IMG/VR virus record: IMGVR_UViG_2974514734_000001
Coordinates: 32,683 to 96,682 of that record
Length of the DNA: 64,000 bases
Strand: one strand, 5' to 3'
Source of the DNA: a virus
Lineage: Duplodnaviria > Heunggongvirae > Uroviricota > Caudoviricetes > Ackermannviridae
Shown here: piece by piece, positions 26,171 through 35,419 of the stretch
How positions within the stretch are numbered: position 1 is the stretch's first letter
How the letters are laid out: every line of letters begins with the position of its first letter
The notes under the pieces: generated by a model
Seen by the model: only the letters and a program-made list of their open reading frames with translations
Database searches by the model: none
Told to the model about the DNA's origin: nothing
Translations under genes and position numbers: made by a program

Positions 26171-26223
26171 TCAATAACTGGCTAACGTGGGGTTGGTCAG
26201 ACATTGAATAGGTTGGTTATAAC

Positions 26224-26463
26224 ATGTCAAATAAAAAAGTAGAAACGACAGTAGAAATTGATCGTAATTGGGGATTACTCCGCGCTAAAGGTTTTCGTCG
26301 TGTTTATATGACCAAGGAAGTTTATGTTCAGCGTCGCGACGTTATTATCAGCAAGAAAGGTAAAGAGTGGGTTGCTGAAGAAGTTGACATTGAAACGGGT
26401 GTCGTCGGTAAGGTTAAAGCCAAGGCCGCGATCCTCTTCGCTCTTCTGAAGCATATCAATTAA
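26224..26463 (+). CDS. hypothetical protein (79 aa)
   Basis: ORF downstream of the cassette. Confidence 0.45.
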   Translation: MSNKKVETTVEIDRNWGLLRAKGFRRVYMTKEVYVQRRDVIISKKGKEWVAEEVDIETGVVGKVKAKAAILFALLKHIN

Positions 26464-26478
26464 TTCTATAAATTATGG

Positions 26479-26504
26479 CGGGGTATGATTACCCCGCTTA
26501 TTTG
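26479..26504 (+). terminator. hairpin GCGGGGTAtgatTACCCCGC plus TTATTTG
   Basis: 8-bp stem. Confidence 0.45.
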
Positions 26505-26522
26505 AAATGTAGGAACTATACC

Positions 26523-27035
26523 ATGACCGATCAACAAATTCAAGATTTATTTTACCTCGTCCATGATAAGTCCCATATCATGCAGCCCGGTACTGTTTCT
26601 CCGGAAGTGGCAGACCTCATAAACGCGCTTAGAACTCGCCAGACCGTGACCCTTTGGCGTGGGTTGTGCAAGGAAGATGTTGTCTTCCTTGATTCTATGT
26701 TCAACGCCCGCGATGCATTCAGAACCTGGTCGTGTGCCCTGAGTATGACCGAATCAAAATCTTATGCCAAGAAATTCTCCCATGGCTACAAAACGAAGGC
26801 GTTGCTGCGCGTGTTATGCCATCGCACTAAAACGACCGAGCGTCCGTTGGGGCTGAACGTCGTGGAAGCCTTGGTCGCCAACATTAACACCAAAGATGAA
26901 GGGGAAGTTGATATGCTGGCGCTGGCGCGGATAGAGCAGGAATGGATATTCAATCGTCCTCGCGTCGCGCCCGTATCCCACATCGTCAACAAAGACGGTT
27001 ATTCTGTTTATACCGTTAACCTCATCACATTATAG
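26523..27035 (+). CDS. putative R-S-E-type ADP-ribosyltransferase (Mod/Alt-like)
   Basis: Ordered motifs TLWRG (Arg), ALSMTES (S-x-S/T), RIEQEWIF (Q/E-x-E); conserved AGGAACTATACCATGAC start context; motif-only inference. Confidence 0.3.
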   Translation: MTDQQIQDLFYLVHDKSHIMQPGTVSPEVADLINALRTRQTVTLWRGLCKEDVVFLDSMFNARDAFRTWSCALSMTESKSYAKKFSHGYKTKALLRVLCHRTKTTERPLGLNVVEALVANINTKDEGEVDMLALARIEQEWIFNRPRVAPVSHIVNKDGYSVYTVNLITL

Positions 27036-27045
27036 GAGCCTTGCC

Positions 27046-27330
27046 ATGGTAGACCCACAAGCGATCGTCCGCGCCCAGGTGAAGGACATCATCAAAGATA
27101 AAACCAACGAGAGCCATACCCTCTCGCGTCAGCTGGCTCGCGTGGCTGAAATCCGGTTCAACATAGAAGAGCGCAACTTCCAGGAGGCGCTGATGGGCAT
27201 GTTGGACTTCATCACCCGCCAGACCGTTGGCAGAGATTACACACCTGATGACTTTACCCGGTTGATCAACACGACCAACCATGAAGGCACCACCATCCGC
27301 GAACTCTTTAAATCAATCCCAAGGGGATAA
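27046..27330 (+). CDS. hypothetical protein (94 aa)
   Basis: ORF. Confidence 0.45.
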   Translation: MVDPQAIVRAQVKDIIKDKTNESHTLSRQLARVAEIRFNIEERNFQEALMGMLDFITRQTVGRDYTPDDFTRLINTTNHEGTTIRELFKSIPRG

Positions 27331-27331
27331 A

Positions 27332-27499
27332 ATGGATATAGATTTGGTCTGGGCCATCACCAAAGGCCTCTTGTTGGTCATCTTTGCCATCTTCATAGGA
27401 GGCGGCTTGTTCTTCCTGTTCTTGTTCAAGCGCCTGGACAGGGAGAAGACGCGGCGTGAAGCAGCACGTGAGGAGCGCCGTCATACCCGCTGGCACTAA
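27332..27499 (+). CDS. small membrane protein (1 TM, basic tail)
   Basis: …LLLVIFAIFIGGGLFFLFLF… ; AAGGGGA RBS. Confidence 0.4.
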   Translation: MDIDLVWAITKGLLLVIFAIFIGGGLFFLFLFKRLDREKTRREAAREERRHTRWH

Positions 27500-27531
27500 C
27501 TAAGGGATAACCCTATATCCCGAGGTGTGTC

Positions 27532-27981
27532 ATGTTCCTTACATCCTTTATTGACTGGATGAATATCATAAATGGCCTGAGGATCCCTGTTGGGAACCTC
27601 GGGCTTTCTCGTTCTTCTATGCCGCAAATCGATGCCGACAAACAAGAAGATTTTCACAAATATCTTGAAGACAACGGCGTGTCCATAGATGCTGCGCAAG
27701 TGCCCATCAAAATGCTTCGTCTTACCCAGAACGAAATCAACAAGATGAAGGTCTGGAAGATTATGAAGCAAATCCGAAATAAGAAACCTATGGGTCGAGT
27801 TTGGGTGTCTTCTGACAATTACGTTGTTGACGGATCTCACCGATTTGTCGCTGCGTTGAACATGGACGGCAAACAGCGCATGAAGGTCTACAAAGTTGAT
27901 TTGCCAGCGATGGAATTCGTAAAACTCGCCAAACAATTTCAGGGTGTGCGATACAGAACGGTCAGTGATAGTCGATACTGA
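27532..27981 (+). CDS. ParB-like nuclease domain protein
   Basis: VVDGSHRFVAA resembles the ParB/Srx DGxHR…A motif. Confidence 0.5.
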   Translation: MFLTSFIDWMNIINGLRIPVGNLGLSRSSMPQIDADKQEDFHKYLEDNGVSIDAAQVPIKMLRLTQNEINKMKVWKIMKQIRNKKPMGRVWVSSDNYVVDGSHRFVAALNMDGKQRMKVYKVDLPAMEFVKLAKQFQGVRYRTVSDSRY

Positions 27982-28065
27982 TCTGAATACGATAGTTTAT
28001 TGAAACCCTTTACTCAACATGGTGACAGCCCTATCATTTTATCCAATGAAATAAGGAGAATCACC

Positions 28066-28755
28066 ATGAAACGTTTAATCATCGCGGTTGTGCTGGCTGG
28101 TCTGACACTTCCTGCCACCGCCAAGCTGAATTCTACAGGTGAAAAACTGTGGTCTGATCTTTCCTACTGTGCTGGGTTCTCCCAAGCCGTGGCTATAGAC
28201 AAAACTGGTTCCATAGAGAACTTTGCTGAACTCTGGGCCACAGGTAATGTCACAGATGCCGTTGTAAATGCTGGTATTGAGTTTAATCGATATAAGCAAG
28301 GCGCGTTCAACCTGAAAGGATATATGAACGACGAAGAATTTAACCGAGGAGGCATGGAGGCGAGCGATCTTATTATGACTGGTCGTATGGGTACACAAGG
28401 ACGAATGACCGTAAGACAGTGCCGTTCTCTTCCTTCTCCAGCATTACAAAAAGGTGTGCAGGTTGGCCGACGTCAGCTGGATCTCATCAATGATGGAAAC
28501 CAATGTATTCGAGTATTTGAATACAGCGCTGATCAAGAATCTGATCGAAGACTGAAAAAGGAATGGCGGACTCGCGCCCTTGGCCTGAGAGCATGGCTGG
28601 TGGAAAATGATCATTATTATGAAGACCGTGTACAGAATGGTTTGAAAGATCTTTCCACTAATTTGTCTGTCAATCTAGACGACCCAAGGCTTTCGCGTGA
28701 ACTCAAGCAAACACGGATTGACTGTGACAATATGATGAAGGAGAACGAAAGATGA
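28066..28755 (+). CDS. secreted/periplasmic protein (signal peptide MKRLIIAVVLAGLTLPATA)
   Basis: AAGGAG RBS; cleavable N-terminal signal. Confidence 0.5.
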   Translation: MKRLIIAVVLAGLTLPATAKLNSTGEKLWSDLSYCAGFSQAVAIDKTGSIENFAELWATGNVTDAVVNAGIEFNRYKQGAFNLKGYMNDEEFNRGGMEASDLIMTGRMGTQGRMTVRQCRSLPSPALQKGVQVGRRQLDLINDGNQCIRVFEYSADQESDRRLKKEWRTRALGLRAWLVENDHYYEDRVQNGLKDLSTNLSVNLDDPRLSRELKQTRIDCDNMMKENER

Positions 28756-29072
28756 GAAACATAATATTCTTGTTATTCTTTTCTATGTTGGCATCATTCC
28801 AAGTTGTGGCAACTCCGGCTAGCAAATTGAATATGTGTGCGGCCTGGTTGTCTACTTATCAACAATTTCACCCTGATGATAAAGATACATCCATCCTTTT
28901 ATCAGATTATGAAGGTGAGTTGAAACGCCTTGATCTCTACAGCGTGGATCAAATAGAGAATGCGCTTGATTTACCCATGATGGAGTCCGCTGCCGACAAT
29001 AGCAAACAGACGATCAAAGATCTGACTATGTGTCGGGAAATAGCGACTAATTTCGTTGGAAATCAAAGATAA
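28752..29072 (+). CDS. secreted protein (signal peptide)
   Basis: MRNIIFLLFFSMLASFQVVA…; overlaps the previous stop (ATGA). Confidence 0.45.
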   Translation: MRNIIFLLFFSMLASFQVVATPASKLNMCAAWLSTYQQFHPDDKDTSILLSDYEGELKRLDLYSVDQIENALDLPMMESAADNSKQTIKDLTMCREIATNFVGNQR

Positions 29073-29120
29073 TTTCAGGTTAAAATTTAACTTCCATTGA
29101 ACTGAAAGGTGTATTTCGTG

Positions 29121-30083
29121 ATGATCATTACCAAAAAGATCGCTGATGCGGTCGTTGAAAAGAATAAAATGTTCGCACCTAACAAAGCAAAGGTTATTCT
29201 GATTCACGAAGACGGGCGCGTCATCTTCGCTGAAAAGTTCGAGCAGGGTTGTACTTTCTGGTTCGCAGACACTATGCGCGAAAGCAAGCTGCAGGGCATC
29301 ATCTATAAATTGACTCTGGTTGCCAAGCGCAATGACCAGGGTGATTGGGTTACGGTCTGCGATTTCAGCTCTAAGGTTGAAACGAAAGCCAAAACCCGCC
29401 AAGAAAGAATTTTAGAGGCTCAGGAAAAACTTCGAGTCGCTCGCACATCATCCGCGGAGAAGCCGGAAATCAAACCAGCCGTTATGCCTGTCACCAAACT
29501 GCCTCCAGTGAGTGAAAAATCTGTTGAGCAGTACGCCGAGAAGCGCAAGGGTGACGGCATGTCTGTTTCAAAGATGTGTAAGATTGTTGAGCCTTTTAAG
29601 GGCGATTCTCCACATGAGCCGAATCCAGTATCTGAATCCCAGCGTTTGGTGAAACTGGAAGACGGCTATGTTGTGGAGAAGTCTGTTTCGACAGTAGAAC
29701 CGTTCTGTCCAGATACAGCAAAAGTCAAATCGCTGGCTGAAAAAGTTCACGGTTCAGAATTCATCTCCCTGCGCGAACTCGAACCACCTACCCGCCGCCG
29801 GATCGCAAATGAGTTATTTGTGTCCTTCAGACCTGACGGGAAGATCATCCTGTGTAAAGCCCTGCGGGATTCTCTACCTTGGACAACCTTGAACATGGTA
29901 GTGACACGCAACTTCAATAGATTCGGTATCATGCAAGGCAAGGATTACAACGTTAACCAGAGCGGAACATATGCAAATCGTCATATGTGCGACAAATTGT
30001 CTTTCCCAAACGATTCTGGCACTATTCGTGTTCGTTTAGAATGGGATGAAAGTTTGAACATGTATGTCGGTGATATAAAATAA
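29121..30083 (+). CDS. hypothetical protein (320 aa)
   Basis: ORF. Confidence 0.45.
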   Translation: MIITKKIADAVVEKNKMFAPNKAKVILIHEDGRVIFAEKFEQGCTFWFADTMRESKLQGIIYKLTLVAKRNDQGDWVTVCDFSSKVETKAKTRQERILEAQEKLRVARTSSAEKPEIKPAVMPVTKLPPVSEKSVEQYAEKRKGDGMSVSKMCKIVEPFKGDSPHEPNPVSESQRLVKLEDGYVVEKSVSTVEPFCPDTAKVKSLAEKVHGSEFISLRELEPPTRRRIANELFVSFRPDGKIILCKALRDSLPWTTLNMVVTRNFNRFGIMQGKDYNVNQSGTYANRHMCDKLSFPNDSGTIRVRLEWDESLNMYVGDIK

Positions 30084-30094
30084 TTCTATAATAC

Positions 30095-30126
30095 AAGGGC
30101 GGTTATTATTAAACCGCCTTTATTTG
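30095..30126 (+). terminator. terminator AAGGGCGGTTattattAACCGCCTT plus TATTTG
   Basis: 10-bp stem. Confidence 0.55.
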
Positions 30127-30139
30127 AGAGATCTATATT

Positions 30140-30808
30140 ATGAACAACAAGAGCCGTATTATCATCGGGGCTGACCAGGGTAATTTATATTTTGAAAGAT
30201 CTGGTGTTGTCGCCCACGCTATCCTTCCCACTGGAATTTCCGTTTATTGTGTGGAACATCCTGACCCTGCAGTTAAACGTCTTTGCTATGTCTCCCGTGA
30301 AAATGGACTAATTGTATTGCCAGAAGGCGCGATTATGCGTGCACGATTTTGGCCGATCGATTTTAATTCCATGAGCAATAGGGAGATCGACGCCCGTTTC
30401 TTCGCATATAATATGAACCGGACTCTAATAAATGAAACTCAGAGAGTTGTTCATTTCGACAATGAAACTCATGGAGTGACGTTAGAATTCAGAACTCGTG
30501 GTGAAGCTCTTCAGGTGAAGAAATCAAGCTGGAAAACTGAAGGGACGTTCACACATGATTATGCGTTAATCGACAAATTGTGCAATCAGTTTCGCATTAG
30601 CCTGACTGCCAACGACGATTTAGGTCAGTATGTTGTATGGACAGCCCGTTCACCACATATGAACGGTATCATGATGGAGAGTGAAACTCGTAATCGCGCT
30701 GTGCTCCAACTGCTGCTGTTAGAAGCGTATTCTCGCAACCCGTTGGAATATCTGTCTCGGGAACAGATTGATAACGCGCTTTCTCATTGTAACCGTCTGG
30801 AGGTGTAA
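30140..30808 (+). CDS. hypothetical protein (222 aa)
   Basis: ORF. Confidence 0.45.
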   Translation: MNNKSRIIIGADQGNLYFERSGVVAHAILPTGISVYCVEHPDPAVKRLCYVSRENGLIVLPEGAIMRARFWPIDFNSMSNREIDARFFAYNMNRTLINETQRVVHFDNETHGVTLEFRTRGEALQVKKSSWKTEGTFTHDYALIDKLCNQFRISLTANDDLGQYVVWTARSPHMNGIMMESETRNRAVLQLLLLEAYSRNPLEYLSREQIDNALSHCNRLEV

Positions 30809-30809
30809 T

Positions 30810-31097
30810 ATGTCCGGCGTATGGTGTGATGTATTGTTGGTAAGATTTTCAAACGGGATGGATAACCAGATTATTTCATTCTTTTATCCTGTTCCCTTTT
30901 CTTCTATGGGTCTGACCGTCAAGCGCGTACTTGACATAGAAGAAAAACTCAACGCCATGCCGTATATGGCACGACCACACGTGCTGGGTTGTGAACTGTT
31001 AAACGAAATGATGATTGACGAGAATCTTGTTGAAACAATTATCACGCGTGAACAGATGAAAACCATACTGTCTCAGGGAGAACCCCATGTCGAATAA
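30810..31097 (+). CDS. hypothetical protein (95 aa)
   Basis: GGAGGTG RBS. Confidence 0.4.
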   Translation: MSGVWCDVLLVRFSNGMDNQIISFFYPVPFSSMGLTVKRVLDIEEKLNAMPYMARPHVLGCELLNEMMIDENLVETIITREQMKTILSQGEPHVE

Positions 31098-31407
31098 ACC
31101 GTTTGAACTTAAATTTCGTGTTTGGCATATTCCCCAGGTTCCTGGGAACGCTTTTCATGTTGCGGTTCCAACATTTGAAGAAGCGCAGCGCCTGAAGAAT
31201 ACTCTGGCTGATTATGATTTGTTCCAGTTCAACAACAATATCAAGCCGGATTATTGTAATGCTTCGGGCATTCAGATTTATCAACATGATCTGACCGATG
31301 ATGATCTTAATGATATGGGTCTGGATGATCGTTGGGTTGATATGGAAGATGTTGACGAACTCAACGATTATTTCGAGCATCTGCGCAGTACAGGGTGGGA
31401 AATATGA
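31087..31407 (+). CDS. hypothetical strongly acidic protein (106 aa)
   Basis: C-terminal DDDLNDMGLDDRWVDMEDVDELNDYFE. Confidence 0.45.
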   Translation: MSNKPFELKFRVWHIPQVPGNAFHVAVPTFEEAQRLKNTLADYDLFQFNNNIKPDYCNASGIQIYQHDLTDDDLNDMGLDDRWVDMEDVDELNDYFEHLRSTGWEI

Positions 31408-31613
31408 TCGGGTTAATCCGTTATCTGTTCATATTCGTAATAACAACATTCATTTTATTTTTCTTTTTCAAATACTTGAAAGAGACTAAAATCTACCGGA
31501 GTAAACGTTGGCGCAAACGGGTGAGAGTAACTTTCCTACTGCTGATTTCTTCGGTTACAATAACTGCACTCACGTTGGGTGCTTATATTTACATTTTTGA
31601 AGGAGTACATTGA
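31404..31613 (+). CDS. small integral membrane protein (2 predicted TM)
   Basis: Hydrophobic; translationally coupled to the SPFH gene (TGATG). Confidence 0.4.
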   Translation: MIGLIRYLFIFVITTFILFFFFKYLKETKIYRSKRWRKRVRVTFLLLISSVTITALTLGAYIYIFEGVH

Positions 31614-32404
31614 TGTTCAAGAAACTGGTATTTGGCGCAATTATGGTCCTAGCAGCAAGCCTTCTTTCAGGCTGCGGCGGTGTTATCGATGAAGGAAACG
31701 TCGGTGTTCGAACCCAATGGGGTGAAGTGGACATGAACCCTGTAACAGCGGGGATCTACACCAGCTTTGTTTCAAGCGTGGATGTTTACACGACCAAAGA
31801 AGCCGTCGTGAGTCTGACGAAAATGACGCCAAAGGCCAAAGACAACCTGACCTTGGAAGATCTGGATGTGGACGTTTATTACACACCGAACGTCGCGAAG
31901 GTTCCTTGGTTCCATACCAAATTTGCAGGTCAGAGCGCTGAACTCGGTGACGGCACGATAGCGGTGGGATTCAACCTGGTTAAAACCGCCGCAGCATCCT
32001 CAACGATGGACGCCGTTTCCTCTTTGGATTCTATGACAATTCACACCCAACGGGCTGAGTTAGAAAAGATGATCAAGGAACGCACCCAGCAGCAATTGGA
32101 AACTGCTGCGCCTGGCATGTTCACAATCACACGTGTGTTGGTGAAAAAGGCGCTGACAGATCCTTCGATTGAGCAATCTATCCGTGATAATGTCATGGCC
32201 GACAAACGTTTGGATACAGCAAGAAAGAACGTTGAAATTCGAGACCAAGAAGCCAGGGCGAATCAGAAACTGACGACATCTCTGACACCTGAATATTTAC
32301 AACACGAATATAACATGGTGTTGCAATCTTGCGCCAACAGCGGGAAATGTACTCTGATTGTTGATGGTTCAGGCTCAAGTAAAATGCTAAACGTCGGCAA
32401 ATAA
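31613..32404 (+). CDS. SPFH/band-7 (stomatin/HflK-like) domain lipoprotein
   Basis: Lipobox LLSGC; EGNVGVRTQWGEV… SPFH-type N-terminus. Confidence 0.55.
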   Translation: MFKKLVFGAIMVLAASLLSGCGGVIDEGNVGVRTQWGEVDMNPVTAGIYTSFVSSVDVYTTKEAVVSLTKMTPKAKDNLTLEDLDVDVYYTPNVAKVPWFHTKFAGQSAELGDGTIAVGFNLVKTAAASSTMDAVSSLDSMTIHTQRAELEKMIKERTQQQLETAAPGMFTITRVLVKKALTDPSIEQSIRDNVMADKRLDTARKNVEIRDQEARANQKLTTSLTPEYLQHEYNMVLQSCANSGKCTLIVDGSGSSKMLNVGK

Positions 32405-32487
32405 ACGCTTTATTCAATAGTATTTGTTAGGTAAGCTGTAGTCCTCTTGTAGTGAAACATCGTAAACAACCAACTGGAGTAATCCGA

Positions 32488-32766
32488 ATGAACCGTACTG
32501 ATTTTATCGCCCACATCGCCCAAACCCAGGGTATGACCAAAGGCGAAGCTGAGAAAATCGTTGCATCTTTTATTAATGGCGTGAAAACTGCAGTCGCGGC
32601 TGGCCAATCTGTCCAATTCGTAGGCTTCGGCGCGTTTGAAGTTAAACATCAGGAAGCGCGCACTGGCCGCAACCCGCTGAACGGGCAAGCGATTCAGATC
32701 GAAGCGAAAAATGTTGTTAAATTCAAAGTCGGTGAAGGTCTGAAAGCTGCTGCCAACGGCCAGTAA
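32488..32766 (+). CDS. HU/IHF-family DNA-binding protein
   Basis: MNRTDFIAHIA…GFGAFEV…RTGRNPLNGQAIQI…; GGAG RBS. Confidence 0.85.
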   Translation: MNRTDFIAHIAQTQGMTKGEAEKIVASFINGVKTAVAAGQSVQFVGFGAFEVKHQEARTGRNPLNGQAIQIEAKNVVKFKVGEGLKAAANGQ

Positions 32767-32814
32767 TCACATCCAGAGCGGTCGTGCCTAGCACAGCGTG
32801 TTAGGCTAAAAGAG

Positions 32815-32845
32815 AAAGCCGAGGTTAATGCCTCGGCTTTTTCGT
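32815..32845 (+). terminator. terminator AAAGCCGAGGttaatgCCTCGGCTTTTTCG
   Basis: 10-bp stem plus T-run. Confidence 0.65.
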
Positions 32846-32891
32846 TGTTGGAATTCGGGTAAACTATAACAGAACCCAAAGGAGGAACAAC

Positions 32892-34613
32892 GTGACAGCA
32901 TTTAATCAATACCGAAAGGCAATTGACGCCATAGGCCGTAAGGTTCCTATAGAAGAAATACAAAGCCTTGCCAAAAACGAATTTCCATATGACAAGGCGA
33001 ACCAAGGCCAGATGGAATGTATCGTCGAAGCCGTTGATGCCTTGGTCAACAAAAAGGTCAAACACGTGATCATTGAAGCCCCAACTGGAGTGGGGAAATC
33101 TTTGATTGGGACAACAATTCATAAAGTGATTCGCCATTTGGTTTTACAGGCCGATCCTTATGGGCAATTCCGCACGTCTATCAGTACGCCCACCAAAGGT
33201 CTACAAGATCAGTATGCTGCTGAAAAGGCGGTGGCGATAGACATCCTGAAAGGCAAGAAGAACTATCGTTGCCACGTACACCCAGATGTGTATTACAACG
33301 CCGTGCAATGCCGTATAGCATGCCGCGACGGGCATTGTAGCAAACGCCGTTGTCCTTATGTACAGGCGCGCAATTTATGGACTGATATTTCGTCATTGCG
33401 TTGCACTAATGCAGCTATGATGATTGAGATGTGCACCACCATCTGTATGAAGCCTGAAAACCGTTCCGATATGCTGATCTTAGACGAGTGTCATAAGATG
33501 CCCTCTACGCTCCTAGAGCACACGATAATGGAATACAATACAAAGGCTGTGGATGGGCTGCGAACTATCCCCGAAGGGAAGGAGATAGTCTCTATCATTG
33601 CCGATATCGTAGAACGCACCAAGGACTATGTCTTGGGCAAGTTGTATTCCTTGTCCGGTGAAATGCATTCGATGTTTGAAGACCTCCATCTTAAAGTGGA
33701 GTCTTTGTTGGAAGTTCTTGAAGAATTGGTTGAAGATGACCGCCTGAGTGAAAGCCAGGTGATGAAACTCGCCGACATTATCGATGTACTACACAATCTG
33801 AGTGATTATTGTGGTATTATGTCTCAGACAAAGGCCAGCACCTTTATCGTACAGGAAAAGGGAGATGACTTTATTCGGTTTAAACCCGTCATGCCTTCTG
33901 ATGTAAGTGAATTTGGATTGTTCAGGAAAGCCGATTACCATGTTCATATGTCGGCAACAATCTGCGGAATCGATTCATATGCCCGTTCCTTGGGTATCCG
34001 CCAGGGGGATTATCATTCAATACAGATTGGAAATCCAATCCCAATTGAAAATCGGAAAGTCAACTATATGCCCATCGTTAAGATGACCAACAACATGGGC
34101 GATTATGAAATGAAAAGGCTGACGGAATACATTGATGAAATAATCGCATTCCATCCAGGGCAATCTGGCATCATACATACAGTGAGCTATGATCGCGCAT
34201 TAGCAATACAAAAATTCAGCAAATACCAGAACTTTATCCATGTGCCACGCACTCGAAAGGCGTTGATGGATATTATGGAAAATGCCTTCAGGACAAAAAC
34301 ACCTTGTGTTATTGCCAGTCCGGCCATGGAAGAAGGATATGACTTCAAAGGTGATTACAGCCGATTCCAAATACTGATCAAAGTTCCTTACGATTATTTG
34401 GGTGATCCATTGATCGCACATATCAATTCAGTGGATCCGTCTGCGTACTTCCGCAACGCAGTATTGCGCATTGTTCAGATGTGCGGACGTTCGGTCAGGG
34501 GTGTGGATGACTGGGCTGCAACATACATAATCGATTCTTCCTTTGAATCTCTTATGATGCGCAACCCAGAATTCTTCCCAACCTGGTTCACCGATGCAGT
34601 GTTTGAGGTTTAA
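32892..34613 (+). CDS. DinG/XPD-family Fe-S DNA helicase
   Basis: Walker A EAPTGVGKS, DECH box (ILDECHK), four-Cys cluster CHV…CRIACRDGHCSKRRC; GTG start after AAAGGAGG. Confidence 0.7.
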   Translation: MTAFNQYRKAIDAIGRKVPIEEIQSLAKNEFPYDKANQGQMECIVEAVDALVNKKVKHVIIEAPTGVGKSLIGTTIHKVIRHLVLQADPYGQFRTSISTPTKGLQDQYAAEKAVAIDILKGKKNYRCHVHPDVYYNAVQCRIACRDGHCSKRRCPYVQARNLWTDISSLRCTNAAMMIEMCTTICMKPENRSDMLILDECHKMPSTLLEHTIMEYNTKAVDGLRTIPEGKEIVSIIADIVERTKDYVLGKLYSLSGEMHSMFEDLHLKVESLLEVLEELVEDDRLSESQVMKLADIIDVLHNLSDYCGIMSQTKASTFIVQEKGDDFIRFKPVMPSDVSEFGLFRKADYHVHMSATICGIDSYARSLGIRQGDYHSIQIGNPIPIENRKVNYMPIVKMTNNMGDYEMKRLTEYIDEIIAFHPGQSGIIHTVSYDRALAIQKFSKYQNFIHVPRTRKALMDIMENAFRTKTPCVIASPAMEEGYDFKGDYSRFQILIKVPYDYLGDPLIAHINSVDPSAYFRNAVLRIVQMCGRSVRGVDDWAATYIIDSSFESLMMRNPEFFPTWFTDAVFEV

Positions 34614-35377
34614 TAACCCGCAATAAACGATAAATGGCACTTGATATTTGGTTCAAGTGTCGTTATCGTGATAATCATATTGTCCACATCTTGGCTGAAA
34701 GATATATTTGCGATCGGTTTGGTTTGAACATGATTATACAGGCTATAAATCAGATCTTCACCACGATAACCGATTTTGCCATCAGTGTCCTGCCAATGAC
34801 CGAGGGTAGACTCTCGAGCGTGTACTCGGAATTCGACCATATGAAACAATGCTTTTGGGATTGTCTTCAGTATGCTGGTCCCAACAACCGGAATATCAAT
34901 AGAAGAGTCGTTGGAGTTTCCTTCATAAACAGATTCCCAACCAAATGTTGGATCCCCGCCAGCTACAGGAGTTCTTTTCCAGTATTGGAATTCTGGGTTG
35001 CCCGAAGCGTTCTTTTGTAGGAGGATTACTTCACCGCCTTCAAAATTGGAAGTGTCTATATCGTCCCTTGCTAATAAATCTGCCGGAGAACCAATAAATT
35101 TCCAAGTTTCGCGATCTAAAATAGACTTATAATAATCGGTGAATACGTTGCTGTCGTTAGCTGCATTGATTGCGTCTTTAAGACCTTCACCTGTGACCAT
35201 CTCATTAAGTTTTAGCCACATGTTTTTGACAGCTGACGCAGCTGCGACTTGACCTTCAGTCCCACCCGCCGTGTAGTCATAAATGATGTCCAGCTTTTGT
35301 ATGGAATCATTTATAGACAAGAGCAAACGCTCAATTTCTGGGGCGGTCAGACTGAAACGATATGCGCGTTCTGACAT
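34610..35377 (-). CDS. hypothetical protein (255 aa), minus strand
   Basis: GAGGAA RBS; TATAAGTA late-promoter-like upstream; convergent with the helicase. Confidence 0.45.
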   Translation of the reverse strand: MSERAYRFSLTAPEIERLLLSINDSIQKLDIIYDYTAGGTEGQVAAASAVKNMWLKLNEMVTGEGLKDAINAANDSNVFTDYYKSILDRETWKFIGSPADLLARDDIDTSNFEGGEVILLQKNASGNPEFQYWKRTPVAGGDPTFGWESVYEGNSNDSSIDIPVVGTSILKTIPKALFHMVEFRVHARESTLGHWQDTDGKIGYRGEDLIYSLYNHVQTKPIANISFSQDVDNMIITITTLEPNIKCHLSFIAGY

Positions 35378-35419
35378 GATTCGTTCCTCATCGATAAAAC
35401 CAGTTTGGGATACTTATAC

